64,000 nt of DNA from an uncultured Alphaproteobacteria bacterium (GTDB lineage: Bacteria; Pseudomonadota; Alphaproteobacteria; Rhizobiales; Xanthobacteraceae), in NCBI GenBank assembly GCA_963802475.1, contig CAWDIZ010000013.1, positions 3,607-67,606 of the forward strand, written 5' to 3'. Position numbers and translations under genes: made by a program. How positions within the stretch are numbered: the first letter of the stretch is position 1; each line of letters begins with the position of its first letter. The notes beneath the pieces are model-generated. The model did not search any database and was not told where the DNA came from. It saw nothing but the letters and a program-made list of their open reading frames with translations. This document shows, piece by piece, positions 45,004-55,180 of this stretch.

Positions 45004-45168
45004 ATGGCAGACAAGAGAAGCCTCGGACTGTTAGGACTTCTGTTCGGAGGGATCACCTTGGCTGTGAGTCTCACCGCTTTCCTCGTCGTGCGCGCGCATA
45101 TCGCGGGCCATCTACAGTTCGGCGACGCGAGCCTGGTCACGCAAGTGACCGTCCTGATCGACAAATAA
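45004..45168 (+). CDS. small single-TM protein (54 aa), candidate
   Basis: Below the ORF-track cutoff. The product is MADKRSLGLLGLLFGGITLAVSLTAFLVVRAHIAGHLQFGDASLVTQVTVLIDK*. A weak GGCGGA lies about 7 nt upstream, and the OsmC gene follows 17 nt later. Confidence 0.4.
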   Translation: MADKRSLGLLGLLFGGITLAVSLTAFLVVRAHIAGHLQFGDASLVTQVTVLIDK

Positions 45169-45184
45169 CCAATCATCGGGCAAG

Positions 45185-45778
45185 ATGGATCGTCTCGTCC
45201 AGCGTGGGAGTACGAACATGTCCGTATCCGAGAGGCACGTGGAGAACGGCGTCAACGTTCAAGCGCTACTCGACGCGCGTAAAGCGCTTTCCGAAGCGCC
45301 GGAAGCCGCCAAGTTCACATGGCGCGCATCCTGCAAGTGGATCAACGGCACCCACAGCCATTCGACCATCCGAAACTTCTTTGGGCTTGGGGAGGAGCAA
45401 AAGCATCGAACCGAGTTCTCCTTCGATGCCGATCACCCTGAGATCTTTGCTTCCGAAGACAAAGGCCCGACCCCGGTCGAGTACGTCCTCGTCGGGCTGA
45501 CGAGCTGCCTGACGGCTGGTATCGCGGCTGTCGCACAAAACCGCGGAATCCAATTGCGTTCCGTCACGGCAACGATCGAAGGCTCCATGGACGTGCAAGG
45601 TATCCTTGGCATGGACCAGGATGTGCGAAATGGATTCGATGGTATCAAGGTAAAATACCAGATCGATGCCGATGCAACTCCTGCCGAGATCAGGGCTCTG
45701 GTTGCTCAATCACAAAAACGCTCGGCTGTATTCGATATCATTACGAACCCGACAGACGTAAGCGTCGAGGTAAACTGA
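45185..45778 (+). CDS. OsmC-family peroxiredoxin-like protein
   Basis: 197-aa ORF (EDKGPTPVEYVLVGLTSCLTAGIAAVAQNRGIQL..IKVKYQID..SAVFDIITNP). An alternative start is MSVSERH at 45218. Confidence 0.8.
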   Translation: MDRLVQRGSTNMSVSERHVENGVNVQALLDARKALSEAPEAAKFTWRASCKWINGTHSHSTIRNFFGLGEEQKHRTEFSFDADHPEIFASEDKGPTPVEYVLVGLTSCLTAGIAAVAQNRGIQLRSVTATIEGSMDVQGILGMDQDVRNGFDGIKVKYQIDADATPAEIRALVAQSQKRSAVFDIITNPTDVSVEVN

Positions 45779-45796
45779 CCTCCGCCGCCCAACATT

Positions 45797-47076
45797 TTGG
45801 GGTCAGACCCGTTCGTACCATCGATACTGTCATAGTCGGCGCCGGACATGCCGGCTTGGCGATGAGCTGCTGTCTCAGCGAGCGCTCAATCGCGCACGTC
45901 GTTCTCGAACGAGCGGAGGTAGCGAACGCGTGGAAGACGGAGCGTTGGGAGTCGCTTCGCCTGCTCACCCCGAACTGGCAAAGCCGTTTGCCGAACTACC
46001 GTTACGAGGGCGATGACCCGGACGGTTACCAAGCGGTGCCGGAACTCATCGAATTCCTCGATCGCTATGCGCGCCTGATCTCGGCGCCGGTCCGAACCCA
46101 AACAACCGTTATCGCCCTTTCCCGTGTCGATGACGGCTACCTGTTGAATACCGATCAGGGTGAGTGGCGCTGCCGAACCGTCGTGATCGCGACAGGCGCA
46201 TGCAATATCGCGGCCGTTCCTTCGTGTGGGAGCGCGGTTCCTTCAACCGTGCGCACCCTTACCCCCATGCGATATCGGAGCCCTCGACAAATCGAGCCCG
46301 GAGGCGTGCTGGTGGTGGGAGCGTCTGCCACCGGCATCCAGCTTGCGGACGAGATCCATCGCTCCGGCCATCCGGTGACGCTTTGCGTGGGAGATCACAT
46401 TCGCGCGCCTCGCCTTTATCGCGGAAAGGACATCCAGTGGTGGATGGACGCTAGCGGCCTCTTCGATCAGCGTTACGATCAAGTCGAGGACCTTATCCGG
46501 GCGCGCAGGCTGCCCTCGATGCAGCTCGTCGGCACGCCGGAGCGATTGACGCTGGATTTGAACGCGCTCAGCGGCATCGGAGTAAAGCTCGTTGGACGGC
46601 TCGCTGGAATCAGGGACGGCACAGCGCAATTTTCAGGAGCCCTGCGCAACCAGTGTGCGCTTGCCGATCTCAAGATGGGCCGGCTTCTCGACAGCTTCGA
46701 CTCGTGGGCCCGTGATCACGGCCTGGAAGACCAAATTGAGCCTCCCATCCGGTTGCCGCCGACTGACGTCGAAGAATCGCCGCGGCTTGAGCTGAACCTC
46801 GCCAGCGGAGAAATAAAAACGATTGTCTGGGCCAGCGGATACCGCCCCGATTATTCATGGCTTCATGTCCCGGTGCTGGATCGCAAAGGCCAGATCCGTC
46901 ACGATGGCGGTGTGGCCGAATCGCCCGGCATGTATGTTTTGGGGCTGCAATTTCTCCGACGCCGCAAATCCGCTTTCATCGATGGCGCGGCCGACGATGC
47001 CAGCGATCTGAGCGACCATTTGGTCCACTACCTAAAACGCGCTGACCCGCCGCACCGGTTCGCGCCAGTGTGTTAG
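45797..47076 (+). CDS. FAD/NAD(P)-binding flavin monooxygenase-like oxidoreductase (CzcO/FMO type); 5' end unresolved
   Basis: ORF 45856..47076 begins after the dinucleotide-binding motif. The in-frame upstream sequence reads TIDTVIVGAGHAGLA but has no canonical start. A TTG at 45797 is in another frame, so an indel is possible. A second Rossmann motif VLVVGASATGIQLA is present. Confidence 0.7.
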
Positions 47077-47126
47077 CTCACATCGTAGCCTGGTCATCAG
47101 GCAAATGGCGGCCACGAGGTCAAAAC

Positions 47127-47942
47127 ATGCCGGTGATCAAAGCCGGAAAATTCGATCTGGATTATGCGGACACGGGATCCGGCGACGCGGTTGTGATGGT
47201 GCATAGTTCCGCGAGCGGCCGTCGCCAATGGCAGCGGCTCATCGAGGACTTGCAAAGCCGCTACCGCGTGATCGCGGTCAACCTGTTCGGTTATGGCAAG
47301 ACCAGTTCCTGGCCGGGCGAGCGACCCCTTACTGCCGCTGACCAGGCGGAGCTGGTTTTAGCGGCAGCCGAATTGGCGCCGGAACCTGTCATCCTCGTCG
47401 GCCACTCGCTCGGCGCTGCGGTCGCCTTGGAAGCCGCGGCGAAGGCCGGCGGTCGCGTCCGGAATCTCTTCGCGTTCGAGCCTATTTTGTTCGGCTATTT
47501 GAAATCGCACGGACCCGTAAGTGCCTATGACGAGATCGCGGAGCTGGGCAGTCGCTACAACGACCTGGCGCGAAGGGGGGACTGGAACGCGGCCGGCGAA
47601 TGGTTCGTCGATTACTGGGCCGGTCCCGGCACTTGGGCGGCCATGCCGAACGAACGCAAGCAGAATATCCTGGCCATGCTGCCGGCGGTTGTAAATGAAT
47701 GGGATATGGCAACGACAGGTACGCGACCGCTTGAGGGCTGGGATGCGATAACTGCGCCCGTCCATCTGATCGGCGCGGCAGACACGCGCGCGCCGACACG
47801 CGAGATTGTGAAGTTGCTTGCGAAGACCTATCCGGCTTGGCACGTACATGAAGTGCCGTCCGGCGGTCACATGGCGCCGCTGGCGCGCCCCGACCTCGTC
47901 AATCCGTTGATCGCCGCGGCGCTCGACGGGACGAAACCTTGA
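47127..47942 (+). CDS. alpha/beta-fold hydrolase
   Basis: Within ORF 47070..47942, start at MPVIKAGKFDLDYADTGSGDAVVMVHSSASG. Contains the nucleophile elbow GHSLG and a C-terminal SGGHMAP. Confidence 0.8.
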   Translation: MPVIKAGKFDLDYADTGSGDAVVMVHSSASGRRQWQRLIEDLQSRYRVIAVNLFGYGKTSSWPGERPLTAADQAELVLAAAELAPEPVILVGHSLGAAVALEAAAKAGGRVRNLFAFEPILFGYLKSHGPVSAYDEIAELGSRYNDLARRGDWNAAGEWFVDYWAGPGTWAAMPNERKQNILAMLPAVVNEWDMATTGTRPLEGWDAITAPVHLIGAADTRAPTREIVKLLAKTYPAWHVHEVPSGGHMAPLARPDLVNPLIAAALDGTKP

Positions 47943-47998
47943 TCGCGGCGCGATCACGTGACGGCAGATTTGCCGGCCCGGACGCGATCGCCGCAGCA

Positions 47999-48433
47999 TC
48001 ACCAATTCAAGGTAGCGGCCGTGAGGATCAAATAGCGCACGACCTTGCTGATGGTGACCAGCAACAGGAACATGGGCAAGGGCTCGCGCAGAACGCCGGC
48101 GATCACGGTGAGCGGATCGCCCACGATCGGCGCCGCGCTCAACAGGAGCGACCATTTGCCGTAACGCTGATACCAGCGTTGCGCCCGCGCCAGGCTCTCC
48201 TGTTTTGCCGGAAACCAGGGCCGGTCGCGGAAGCGCTCGATGCCCCGCCCCAGCAGCCAGCTGATCACCGAACCGAGCACATTGCCGAGACTCGCCACGG
48301 TGACGAGCAGCCAGGGCGGCTGGGCGCCGGCCAGCAGCAGCGCCACGAGCGCTGCTTCCGACTGCATCGGCAAAATGGTCGCGGCGCCGAGCGCGGTCAG
48401 GAACAAGCCGGCATAGACCGCAAGATCGCTCAT
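47999..48433 (-). CDS. YqaA/DedA-type membrane protein
   Basis: Within ORF 47999..48526, start at MSDLAVYAGLF (ILPMQSEAALVALL..LGNVLGSVISWLLGR..YGKWSLLLSAAPIVGDPLTVIAGV). Confidence 0.7.
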   Translation of the reverse strand: MSDLAVYAGLFLTALGAATILPMQSEAALVALLLAGAQPPWLLVTVASLGNVLGSVISWLLGRGIERFRDRPWFPAKQESLARAQRWYQRYGKWSLLLSAAPIVGDPLTVIAGVLREPLPMFLLLVTISKVVRYLILTAATLNW

Positions 48434-48573
48434 GCCCAGCAGCCCATGTAACCACACCCCCGCGCCAGGACAGCCCGACAGGAAAATCAACTTGTAGCCA
48501 TCGCCTCCGGAGGGCAAGCTAAGCATTCAAGCGGCATAAAACCAAGTTCGCCATCACCGAACGAACGGGAGGA

Positions 48574-49596
48574 GTGACAATGGGCAGGATGGCGGCCGGT
48601 ATTGTTGCAGTCATCGCGATGCTCGCAGGCACGGGTCTTGCCGCTGCGCAGCCGGCGGATAAGTTCAAGGGCAAGGTCTTCGAAGTGGTGGTGGGTTACG
48701 ACACCGGCGGCGGCTACGATATCTACGCCCGCGCCCTGGCGCGCCATATCGGCAAGCATCTGCCCGGCAATCCCACGGTCATCGTCAAGAACATGCCCGG
48801 GGCGCAGACCCGCACGGCCGCCAATTACCTTTACAACATCGCGCCGAAGGACGGCACCGTCATCGCCACGATCGCGCGCGGACTGCCCACGGAAGAACTT
48901 TTGGGGTCGGGCGGCATCCGTTTCGAAAGCGCCAAGTTCAACTGGATCGGCAGCATGAATAACGAGGTCAGTGTCGGCGTGGCCTGGCACACCTCGCCGG
49001 TCAAGACACTTGAAGACACCAAGCAGCGCGAGATGGTCGTCGGCGGTATCGCCGACAGCGTGCTGTTCGCGCAAGTGATGAACGCAATCCTCGGCACCAA
49101 GTTCAAGACAATCAGCGGCTACAAGAGCGGCGGTGAAATCGGGCTCGCGATGGAGCGCGGCGAAGTGGAAGGCCGCATGGGCTGGTCGTGGTCGAGCGTG
49201 GTCAGCATGAATCCGGAATGGATCCGCGAGGGCAAGATCCGCAATCTGGTGCAGTTCTCCACCTCCAAGCACGCCGATCTGTCCAACGTTCCGCTGGTGA
49301 CGGAATTGGCGGGTAATGATGCAGACCGCGCCTTGCTGGAGCTGGTATTCTCGCGCCAGGTGATCGGCCGGCCGTTTATCGCGCCGCCGGGATTGGACAC
49401 CGAAACGGTCCAGGTCCTGCGCAAGGCCTTCGAAGACACGATGCGTGACCCGGCCTTCCTCGCGGAAATGCAGAAGGCCAATCTGGAGGTCAACCCGATT
49501 CCGGGCGAAGAGGTGCAGAAGCTGATCGAGCGCCTGTTCAAGACGCCGCCCGCCGTACTGGAGCGTGCGAAGCAGATTATCCCGGTAGAGAAATGA
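48574..49596 (+). CDS. TctC/Bug-family periplasmic solute-binding protein
   Basis: 340-aa ORF with a signal peptide and GGGYDIYARALARHIGKHLPGNPTVIVKNMPGA..GYKSGGEIGLAMERGEVEG. No tctA or tctB is adjacent. Confidence 0.75.
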   Translation: MTMGRMAAGIVAVIAMLAGTGLAAAQPADKFKGKVFEVVVGYDTGGGYDIYARALARHIGKHLPGNPTVIVKNMPGAQTRTAANYLYNIAPKDGTVIATIARGLPTEELLGSGGIRFESAKFNWIGSMNNEVSVGVAWHTSPVKTLEDTKQREMVVGGIADSVLFAQVMNAILGTKFKTISGYKSGGEIGLAMERGEVEGRMGWSWSSVVSMNPEWIREGKIRNLVQFSTSKHADLSNVPLVTELAGNDADRALLELVFSRQVIGRPFIAPPGLDTETVQVLRKAFEDTMRDPAFLAEMQKANLEVNPIPGEEVQKLIERLFKTPPAVLERAKQIIPVEK

Positions 49597-49669
49597 CCGA
49601 CAAACCGGCCAGCTCGTAATAGCGTGACGTTGGCCATGCTCGCCAAGAACAAATCGAGGGAGGGAGTCG

Positions 49670-50729
49670 ATGAAATCCGCTTCTCACGTCCGTGATCGTT
49701 GCAGCAGTTGCCGGCATGATCTCCGCTAATTCCGTGCAGGCCGGAGGCCTGATACAGGTCGGAGAGATCGCCATACCGGGCGAGCCGATCACCGACATCG
49801 GGATCATGGCGATCGATCCGACGACGGGTCTCGGCTATCTCGCCGACAAGAGCAACAAGTCCGTCGACGTCTTCGACACCAAGACCGGCAAATATGTCTC
49901 GCGCATCCCCGGCTTCATGGGACGGACCAAGGATGGCGACGTGGCCGGGCCCAACGGCGTGGTGGTCGTGAAGGGCGAAGTCTGGGCGAGCGACGGTGAC
50001 AGCACCATCAAGGTAATCGACACCAAAACCGGAGAAGTCACAGCGACCATTTCCACCGGCGGCAAGAAGCGCGGCAACGGAATGGCCTATGCCGAGGATA
50101 TCGGCGTCGTCATCGTCGCCAATTCAAACGACGACCCGCCCTATATGAGTCTGATCTCGAGCGCGGACCGCAAAATTTTGGCCAAGATTCCGATACCGGA
50201 ATCGGCCGAGAATCTCGAGCGCTCGGTCTATCACCAGCCAAGCGGCATGTTCTACACCGCCATTCCGGTCTCCAAGGCGGACCCGGCCAAGGGACTGATG
50301 GCGCAGATCGATCCCAAGAGCGGCAAGCTGGTGAAGCTGCACGAGCTTTCCTGCCATCCGCACAGCCTTTCGCTGGCCTCGGACTCCACCATCTTTCTCG
50401 GTTGCAGCACCGCGCACGGCTCCTCACCCAAGCCGGGCGGCGACATGGCCATCTTCGATATTGCCGCCGGCAAGGTGGAAGCGATTTTGACCGGCTACGG
50501 CGGCAATGGCGGCTCCACGGTGAATCCGAAGCTCGGGCAATATTATCACTCGACCTCCGGGGGAATGCTGATGGTGGTCGATACCAAGACCAAAAAGGGC
50601 GTGCAGCAGATCCCAACCTCGCGAGGCGCGCGGTCGGTGGCGGTCGGGCCCGACAATCGCGTCTATGTCGCCGTCAACGGGAAGGACCAGCCCTGTCTCG
50701 GTTGCATTACGGTCTATGCGCCGGAGTAA
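49670..50729 (+). pseudogene. secreted YncE/YVTN-like beta-propeller protein; +1 frame break inside the signal peptide as read
   Basis: ATG 49670 (MKSAS, preceded by GAGGGAGGGAG) is one frame off ORF 49692..50729 (VIVAAVAGMISANSVQA..YLADKSNKSVDVFDTKTGK..IKVIDTKTGEV..LMVVDTKTKKG). Confidence 0.7.
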
Positions 50730-50734
50730 CGAAA

Positions 50735-50770
50735 TGGCGCGCCCGGCGAATTGTCGCCGCGGCGCGCCCA
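50735..50770. terminator. GC-rich hairpin between convergent genes (no U-run)
   Basis: TGGCGCGCCCGGCGA-attg-TCGCCGCGGCGCGCCCA lies between the stops at 50729 (+) and 50804 (-). Confidence 0.3.
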
Positions 50771-50803
50771 TGATCAGCGCTAACCAAGGTTGTCAGCTAA
50801 CGA

Positions 50804-51661
50804 TCAGCGCTTGATGATCACGATTTCCAGATACTCGCCCGGAACCACCATGGTGCCGTCCGTCACCCGGTTAAACCGCGCGATGAGCGCCGCAAGATCA
50901 GCGAGCAGCAATTCCTGACCCTCCGGCGGCAGCGCCGCCAGCGTCTTCAGCACCGGCCCATAGTAGGTCTTGAACACGTCGATCCAGTGTTGCGCCGAGC
51001 GATAACGGAACATGAAATTGCGTGTGGAGACCTCAATCGAAGCAGCCTGTGCTTTGAACATCTCCTCGATCCGCGTGCGCGTGCCCCACAGGGCCGGCGA
51101 CTTGACGCCGGCCGGCGGCGGCATGTGCTTGCCGATAAACTTGAACACCTGGCCGATGAAACCGTCGGGAGTCCAATTGGCGAGGCCGATCTTGCCGCCG
51201 GATTTACAGACGCGCAGGAGCTCGGTTGCCGCCTTGTCCTGGTCGGCAGTGAACATGACACCGAAAGTAGAAACGACCGCGTCAAAGCTGCCCTCCTTGA
51301 ACGGCAGCGCCTCCGCGTCGGCTTCCTTGAACGCGATCTTCCATCCCTCGGCTTTAGCCCGCACGCTGCCGCGCTGGAGCAGCGCCGGCACATAATCCGT
51401 CGAGGTCACGTCGCACCAGCGGCGCGCGGCCGCGAGCGTAACATTGCCGTTGCCCGCGGCGACATCGAGCACCTTCTGGCCGGAGCGAAGATCGAGCGCC
51501 TCGCAAAGCGATTCGCCGACAATTTGCAAAGTTGCCCCCACGACGGCGTAGTCCCCGGACGACCATGCAATCCGTTGGCGTCCTTTCATGGCGAGAAGAT
51601 CCGGAGCAGCGGTCGGGGCGGGATTTACGACAGTGGCAGCCATGTTCATGGAGTTCTCCAT
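50804..51661 (-). CDS. class I SAM-dependent methyltransferase
   Basis: 285-aa ORF with motif I VLDVAAGNG and FDAVVSTFGVMF..GGKIGLANW. Confidence 0.8.
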   Translation of the reverse strand: MENSMNMAATVVNPAPTAAPDLLAMKGRQRIAWSSGDYAVVGATLQIVGESLCEALDLRSGQKVLDVAAGNGNVTLAAARRWCDVTSTDYVPALLQRGSVRAKAEGWKIAFKEADAEALPFKEGSFDAVVSTFGVMFTADQDKAATELLRVCKSGGKIGLANWTPDGFIGQVFKFIGKHMPPPAGVKSPALWGTRTRIEEMFKAQAASIEVSTRNFMFRYRSAQHWIDVFKTYYGPVLKTLAALPPEGQELLLADLAALIARFNRVTDGTMVVPGEYLEIVIIKR

Positions 51662-51750
51662 TCACGAAGATCAAACTGTGCGGTTGAGCTGAGTGACGCG
51701 GGGACTTTCATCCCGCGGCCCTTTCCATTGCCGCAACTTAATCCGGTTGC

Positions 51751-51846
51751 GTTTCCGGGATGCTTCGCTATTTGGGATTCGGGTTTCGGCGCAGAGCGAA
51801 ATGTTTCGTGGCAAGGCAGGCGACGAAACAAACGGCTTGCGAACCG
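51751..51846 (-). repeat. conserved ~95-nt noncoding element, copy 2
   Basis: Minus strand reads CGGTTCGCAAGCCGTTTGTTTCGTCGCCTGCCTTGCCACGAAACATTTCGCTCTGCGCCGAAACCCGAATCCCAAATAGCGAAGCATCCCGGAAAC, about 90 nt upstream of the methyltransferase ATG (51661). Confidence 0.8.
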
Positions 51847-51895
51847 CTTTATCGCAGCACTCTATCTGTACTGCCCTTGGCCCCGCCCCTGAGCG

Positions 51896-53149
51896 TCAGC
51901 CTGTTTTCTCCAGCGCCTCGGCCTGATGGCGATACCCCGACATTTCGTAGCCGACGACGGTAACCACCGGCGCGAACATCAGGATCACCAGGCAGACCGC
52001 CATGTCGACGCCAGCGAGCGCGGCAATAATGGCGAATGCGACGACAGCCGCGGTTCCGCTCAAGAGCCACACGTGCAGAAAGTCGAAGCGGCGAACAAGA
52101 TAGTAGTAGAGCGCATAGACCAACCCGAGAAAGACACCGACCGGGATGGCAACGGAGAGCAGGGCCGCCAGCGGACCGATATGCGACTTGTGTCCGATGA
52201 AATCGGCACCGACATGCAGCCCGGCGCCGGTTGCGACGATGGCGGTTACGATCACCATCTGGCTGTAACCCCAGACGAAGGACCGCTCCCGATGCGCATG
52301 CAGTATCTGCGCGGAAGGCAGCATGTAATAGACCCACCACATCCCGAAAGTGAGTCCCATGCCGGCGATGCAGACCAGCGCCGCATCCATGGTCCAACCC
52401 TGCTTCTCCACGACGGCCGACAATGTCGCAACCGTGCCCACGACCCCTTCGCCCAGCGCGATGACGGCGAACAGGCAGTAACGTTCGGCGATGTGATGGG
52501 CATGCCACGGCGTGCCGCCATCCTTGCTCTCGGCGATCATGGGCCCTGCCAGCTCGATAAGGATCAGGATGCTGGCAAGGGCGAGGCTCACGCCGATCGA
52601 GAAGTCAAAAAATATCTGCACCACCCAGCCGATCTGGGCGACCGAGATCGCGATGGCATAGGTGAAGCAGGCGCGACGCCGGGCCGGGTCCTGCCTCGCG
52701 GCGCGCAGCCACTGGAACACCATGGCGACGCGCATGATGACGTAGCCGAGCACCATGATTGAGTTGTCGAGATGCCGGCCCTGTTCGATGGAGGCGAACA
52801 GGCGCGGCAAGCCAATCGCCAGCACCAGCACCCCGATCATCTGCACCATCGTAACGACACGGAAAATCCAGTCGTCGGTGTCGTAGGCCGAGGCGAACCA
52901 TGAGAAATTGATCCAGGCCCAGCAGATGGCGAAGCTCGCGAAGGCGAAACCCAGCAGTGCGGTGTCATAGTGACCTTCGGACAGAGCGTGAGCGAATTGG
53001 GAGGCCGCAAGCCCGAAGGCGATCACAAAGGTAAGATCGAATAGAAGTTCAAGCGGCGTCGCAACGCGGTGCGCCTCATGTGGGTCGCGCCCACCCATCC
53101 GCCGGACGTGATGGTGCAGGCTTTCGGCGCTGGGTGGCGTGTTGCTCAT
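51896..53149 (-). CDS. LtrA-family (low temperature requirement A) membrane protein
   Basis: Within ORF 51896..53569, start at MSNTPPSAESL (ATPLELLFDLTFVIAF..WAWINFSWFASAYDTDDW..ERYCLFAVIALGE). Confidence 0.75.
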   Translation of the reverse strand: MSNTPPSAESLHHHVRRMGGRDPHEAHRVATPLELLFDLTFVIAFGLAASQFAHALSEGHYDTALLGFAFASFAICWAWINFSWFASAYDTDDWIFRVVTMVQMIGVLVLAIGLPRLFASIEQGRHLDNSIMVLGYVIMRVAMVFQWLRAARQDPARRRACFTYAIAISVAQIGWVVQIFFDFSIGVSLALASILILIELAGPMIAESKDGGTPWHAHHIAERYCLFAVIALGEGVVGTVATLSAVVEKQGWTMDAALVCIAGMGLTFGMWWVYYMLPSAQILHAHRERSFVWGYSQMVIVTAIVATGAGLHVGADFIGHKSHIGPLAALLSVAIPVGVFLGLVYALYYYLVRRFDFLHVWLLSGTAAVVAFAIIAALAGVDMAVCLVILMFAPVVTVVGYEMSGYRHQAEALEKTG

Positions 53150-53184
53150 GTATCGTTTCCCGGTGAAGGCCGGCGTCGGAGGCG

Positions 53185-53655
53185 CTATAGCCAGCGCCGT
53201 ACGCGCGAGCGGTAGCCAGCATAGACATCCGGGAACTTGCGCTCGAGATAAGCTTCTTCGCGCGCCACGACGCCATAGCGGATGACGAGCGCGAAGGGCA
53301 CTAGCGTGACCAGCAACCAGAAAGTGTCGAACGCGATGGCCAAGCCGACCAGGCCCAGGAGCATACCGAGGTAGATGGGATTGCGCGTGAAGCGGTACGG
53401 TCCGCTCTCCACGATGGCGGTGGTCGGCTCGTTGGTGGGAACGTTCGAGCCGGCGCTGGTGATGGTAACGATCGCCCATGCAGCCAGCGCCAGCGCAAAG
53501 AGAAATACCATTGTGCCGAGCCAGCCGACAGGCAGCCCGGTCGGCATGAATGGCAAAGGCACGAGCCAATCGAGGGCAAGCCCGACGACGATGGCAAGCC
53601 CAAAGGCCAGCGGCGGCCGAACAATGACTTGAGCGGTATCTGCCCTGTCATTCAT
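53185..53655 (-). CDS. isoprenylcysteine carboxyl / phospholipid methyltransferase-family membrane protein
   Basis: 156-aa ORF (VESGPYRFTRNPIYLGMLLGLVGLAIAF..REEAYLERKFPDVYAGYRSRVRRW). Confidence 0.8.
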   Translation of the reverse strand: MNDRADTAQVIVRPPLAFGLAIVVGLALDWLVPLPFMPTGLPVGWLGTMVFLFALALAAWAIVTITSAGSNVPTNEPTTAIVESGPYRFTRNPIYLGMLLGLVGLAIAFDTFWLLVTLVPFALVIRYGVVAREEAYLERKFPDVYAGYRSRVRRWL

Positions 53656-53774
53656 AGCGGGCTGTTATCCCGTTGCCGACGGGCGGCGCTGTCAGCATGT
53701 CGGCGCTTCGACCAGGAAAAAATTATAGCGCGAGACAGGCCGTGTCCCTATCGCGTGCCATTTGCACGGTATGC

Positions 53775-53851
53775 TGGCGCGCCCGACAAGATTCGAACTT
53801 GTGACCTTTGCCTTCGGAGGGCAACGCTCTATCCAGCTGAGCTACGGGCGC
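53775..53851 (-). tRNA. tRNA-Arg (anticodon CCG), CCA encoded
   Basis: Minus strand reads GCGCCCGTAGCTCAGCTGGATAGAGCGTTGCCCTCCGAAGGCAAAGGTCACAAGTTCGAATCTTGTCGGGCGCGCCA. It folds as a cloverleaf with anticodon loop CU-CCG-AA and is 77 nt long. Confidence 0.95.
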
Positions 53852-53968
53852 CTTCGCCTTAGATAGCCGAACGCCCGCCGCAGCGGCAACGGCGCGGCCA
53901 TCTCGCATCGCCCTGCCGCTATCGCTCGGCCCGCATGGCGCATTATAAAGGCTTAGGGGGAGCCCCTG

Positions 53969-55180
53969 ATGCCAAAGCCCGTTCCAAGCCAGGAAAATAC
54001 CGCCGGCAGCGAACCGCCTTTCGCCTGGGACGACCCGCTCGACCTGGAAGGCGAGCTTTCGGAAGAAGAACGAAAGGTGCGCGACACCGCGCGCCGCTAT
54101 GCCAAGGAAAAGCTGTTTCCGCGCGTACTCGCGGCCTATCGCGAGGAGAATTTCGACCGCGCGATCCTTGCCGAGATGGGTGCGCTCGGCCTGCTCGGCG
54201 CCACCCTGCCCGAGAGCTATGGCGGCGCGGGGCTCGGTCATGTCGCCTATGGCCTGGTCGCGCGCGAGATCGAGCGGGTGGATTCCGGCTACCGCTCGGC
54301 GCTGTCGGTACAGTCCTCGCTGGTGATGCTGCCGATCCACCCATTCGGCAGCGAGGCGCAGCGGCGCAAATATCTGCCCAAGCTCGCTACCGGCGAAATC
54401 GTCGGCTGTTTCGGCCTGACCGAGCCCGACCACGGCTCCGATCCCGGCTCGATGACGACACGGGCGAAAAAAGTCGCCAATGGATTTCAACTGAGCGGCG
54501 CCAAGACCTGGATCACCAACGCGCCGGTCGCCGACATCGCCATCGTCTGGGCCAAACTCGACGGCGAGATCCGCGGCTTCATCGTCGAGCGCGGCACGAA
54601 AGGCTTTGAGACGCCGAAGATCACCGGCAAGCTTTCCATGCGCGCCTCCTCCACCGGCGGGATCACGCTCGACGATGCGGTGGTGCCGGAGGACAATCTG
54701 CTGCCCGATGCCAAAGGCCTCGCCGGCCCCTTCGTCTGCCTCAACAGCGCCCGCTTCGGCATCGTCTGGGGCGCCATGGGCGCCGCGGAATTCTGCTGGC
54801 ATGCCGCGCGGCAATATGCGCTCGACCGCAAGCAGTTCGGCCGCCCGCTCGCCGCCAATCAGCTGGTGCAGAAGAAACTGGCCGATATGCAGACCGAGAT
54901 CGCGCTCGGCCTGCAGGGCGCGCTGCGGCTGGGCCGGCTGCTGGAAGCCGGCAGGGCCGCGCCGCCGGCGATCTCGCTGCTCAAGCGCAACAATTGCGGC
55001 AAGGCGCTCGAGATCGCGCGCGCGGCGCGCGACCTGCATGGCGCCAACGGCATCGCCGACGAATTCCATGTCATGCGGGTGATGAACAATCTCGAAACGG
55101 TCAACACCTACGAAGGCACCCACGACATCCACGCACTGGTGCTGGGGCGCGCGATGACCGGCATCCAGGCTTTCTCCTGA
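53969..55180 (+). CDS. gcdH: glutaryl-CoA dehydrogenase
   Basis: Intact 403-aa ORF, acyl-CoA dehydrogenase fold ([53 protein letters not shown]). Confidence 0.88.
   Translation: MPKPVPSQENTAGSEPPFAWDDPLDLEGELSEEERKVRDTARRYAKEKLFPRVLAAYREENFDRAILAEMGALGLLGATLPESYGGAGLGHVAYGLVAREIERVDSGYRSALSVQSSLVMLPIHPFGSEAQRRKYLPKLATGEIVGCFGLTEPDHGSDPGSMTTRAKKVANGFQLSGAKTWITNAPVADIAIVWAKLDGEIRGFIVERGTKGFETPKITGKLSMRASSTGGITLDDAVVPEDNLLPDAKGLAGPFVCLNSARFGIVWGAMGAAEFCWHAARQYALDRKQFGRPLAANQLVQKKLADMQTEIALGLQGALRLGRLLEAGRAAPPAISLLKRNNCGKALEIARAARDLHGANGIADEFHVMRVMNNLETVNTYEGTHDIHALVLGRAMTGIQAFS

Noticed and set aside
53656-53968. tRNA-Arg(CCG) as the integration site of a genomic island covering the accessory genes to its left (45-53.6 kb)
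   Set aside because: There is no integrase, excisionase or phage/ICE gene. I spotted no direct repeat of the tRNA 3' end elsewhere in the window, and there is no obvious compositional jump.
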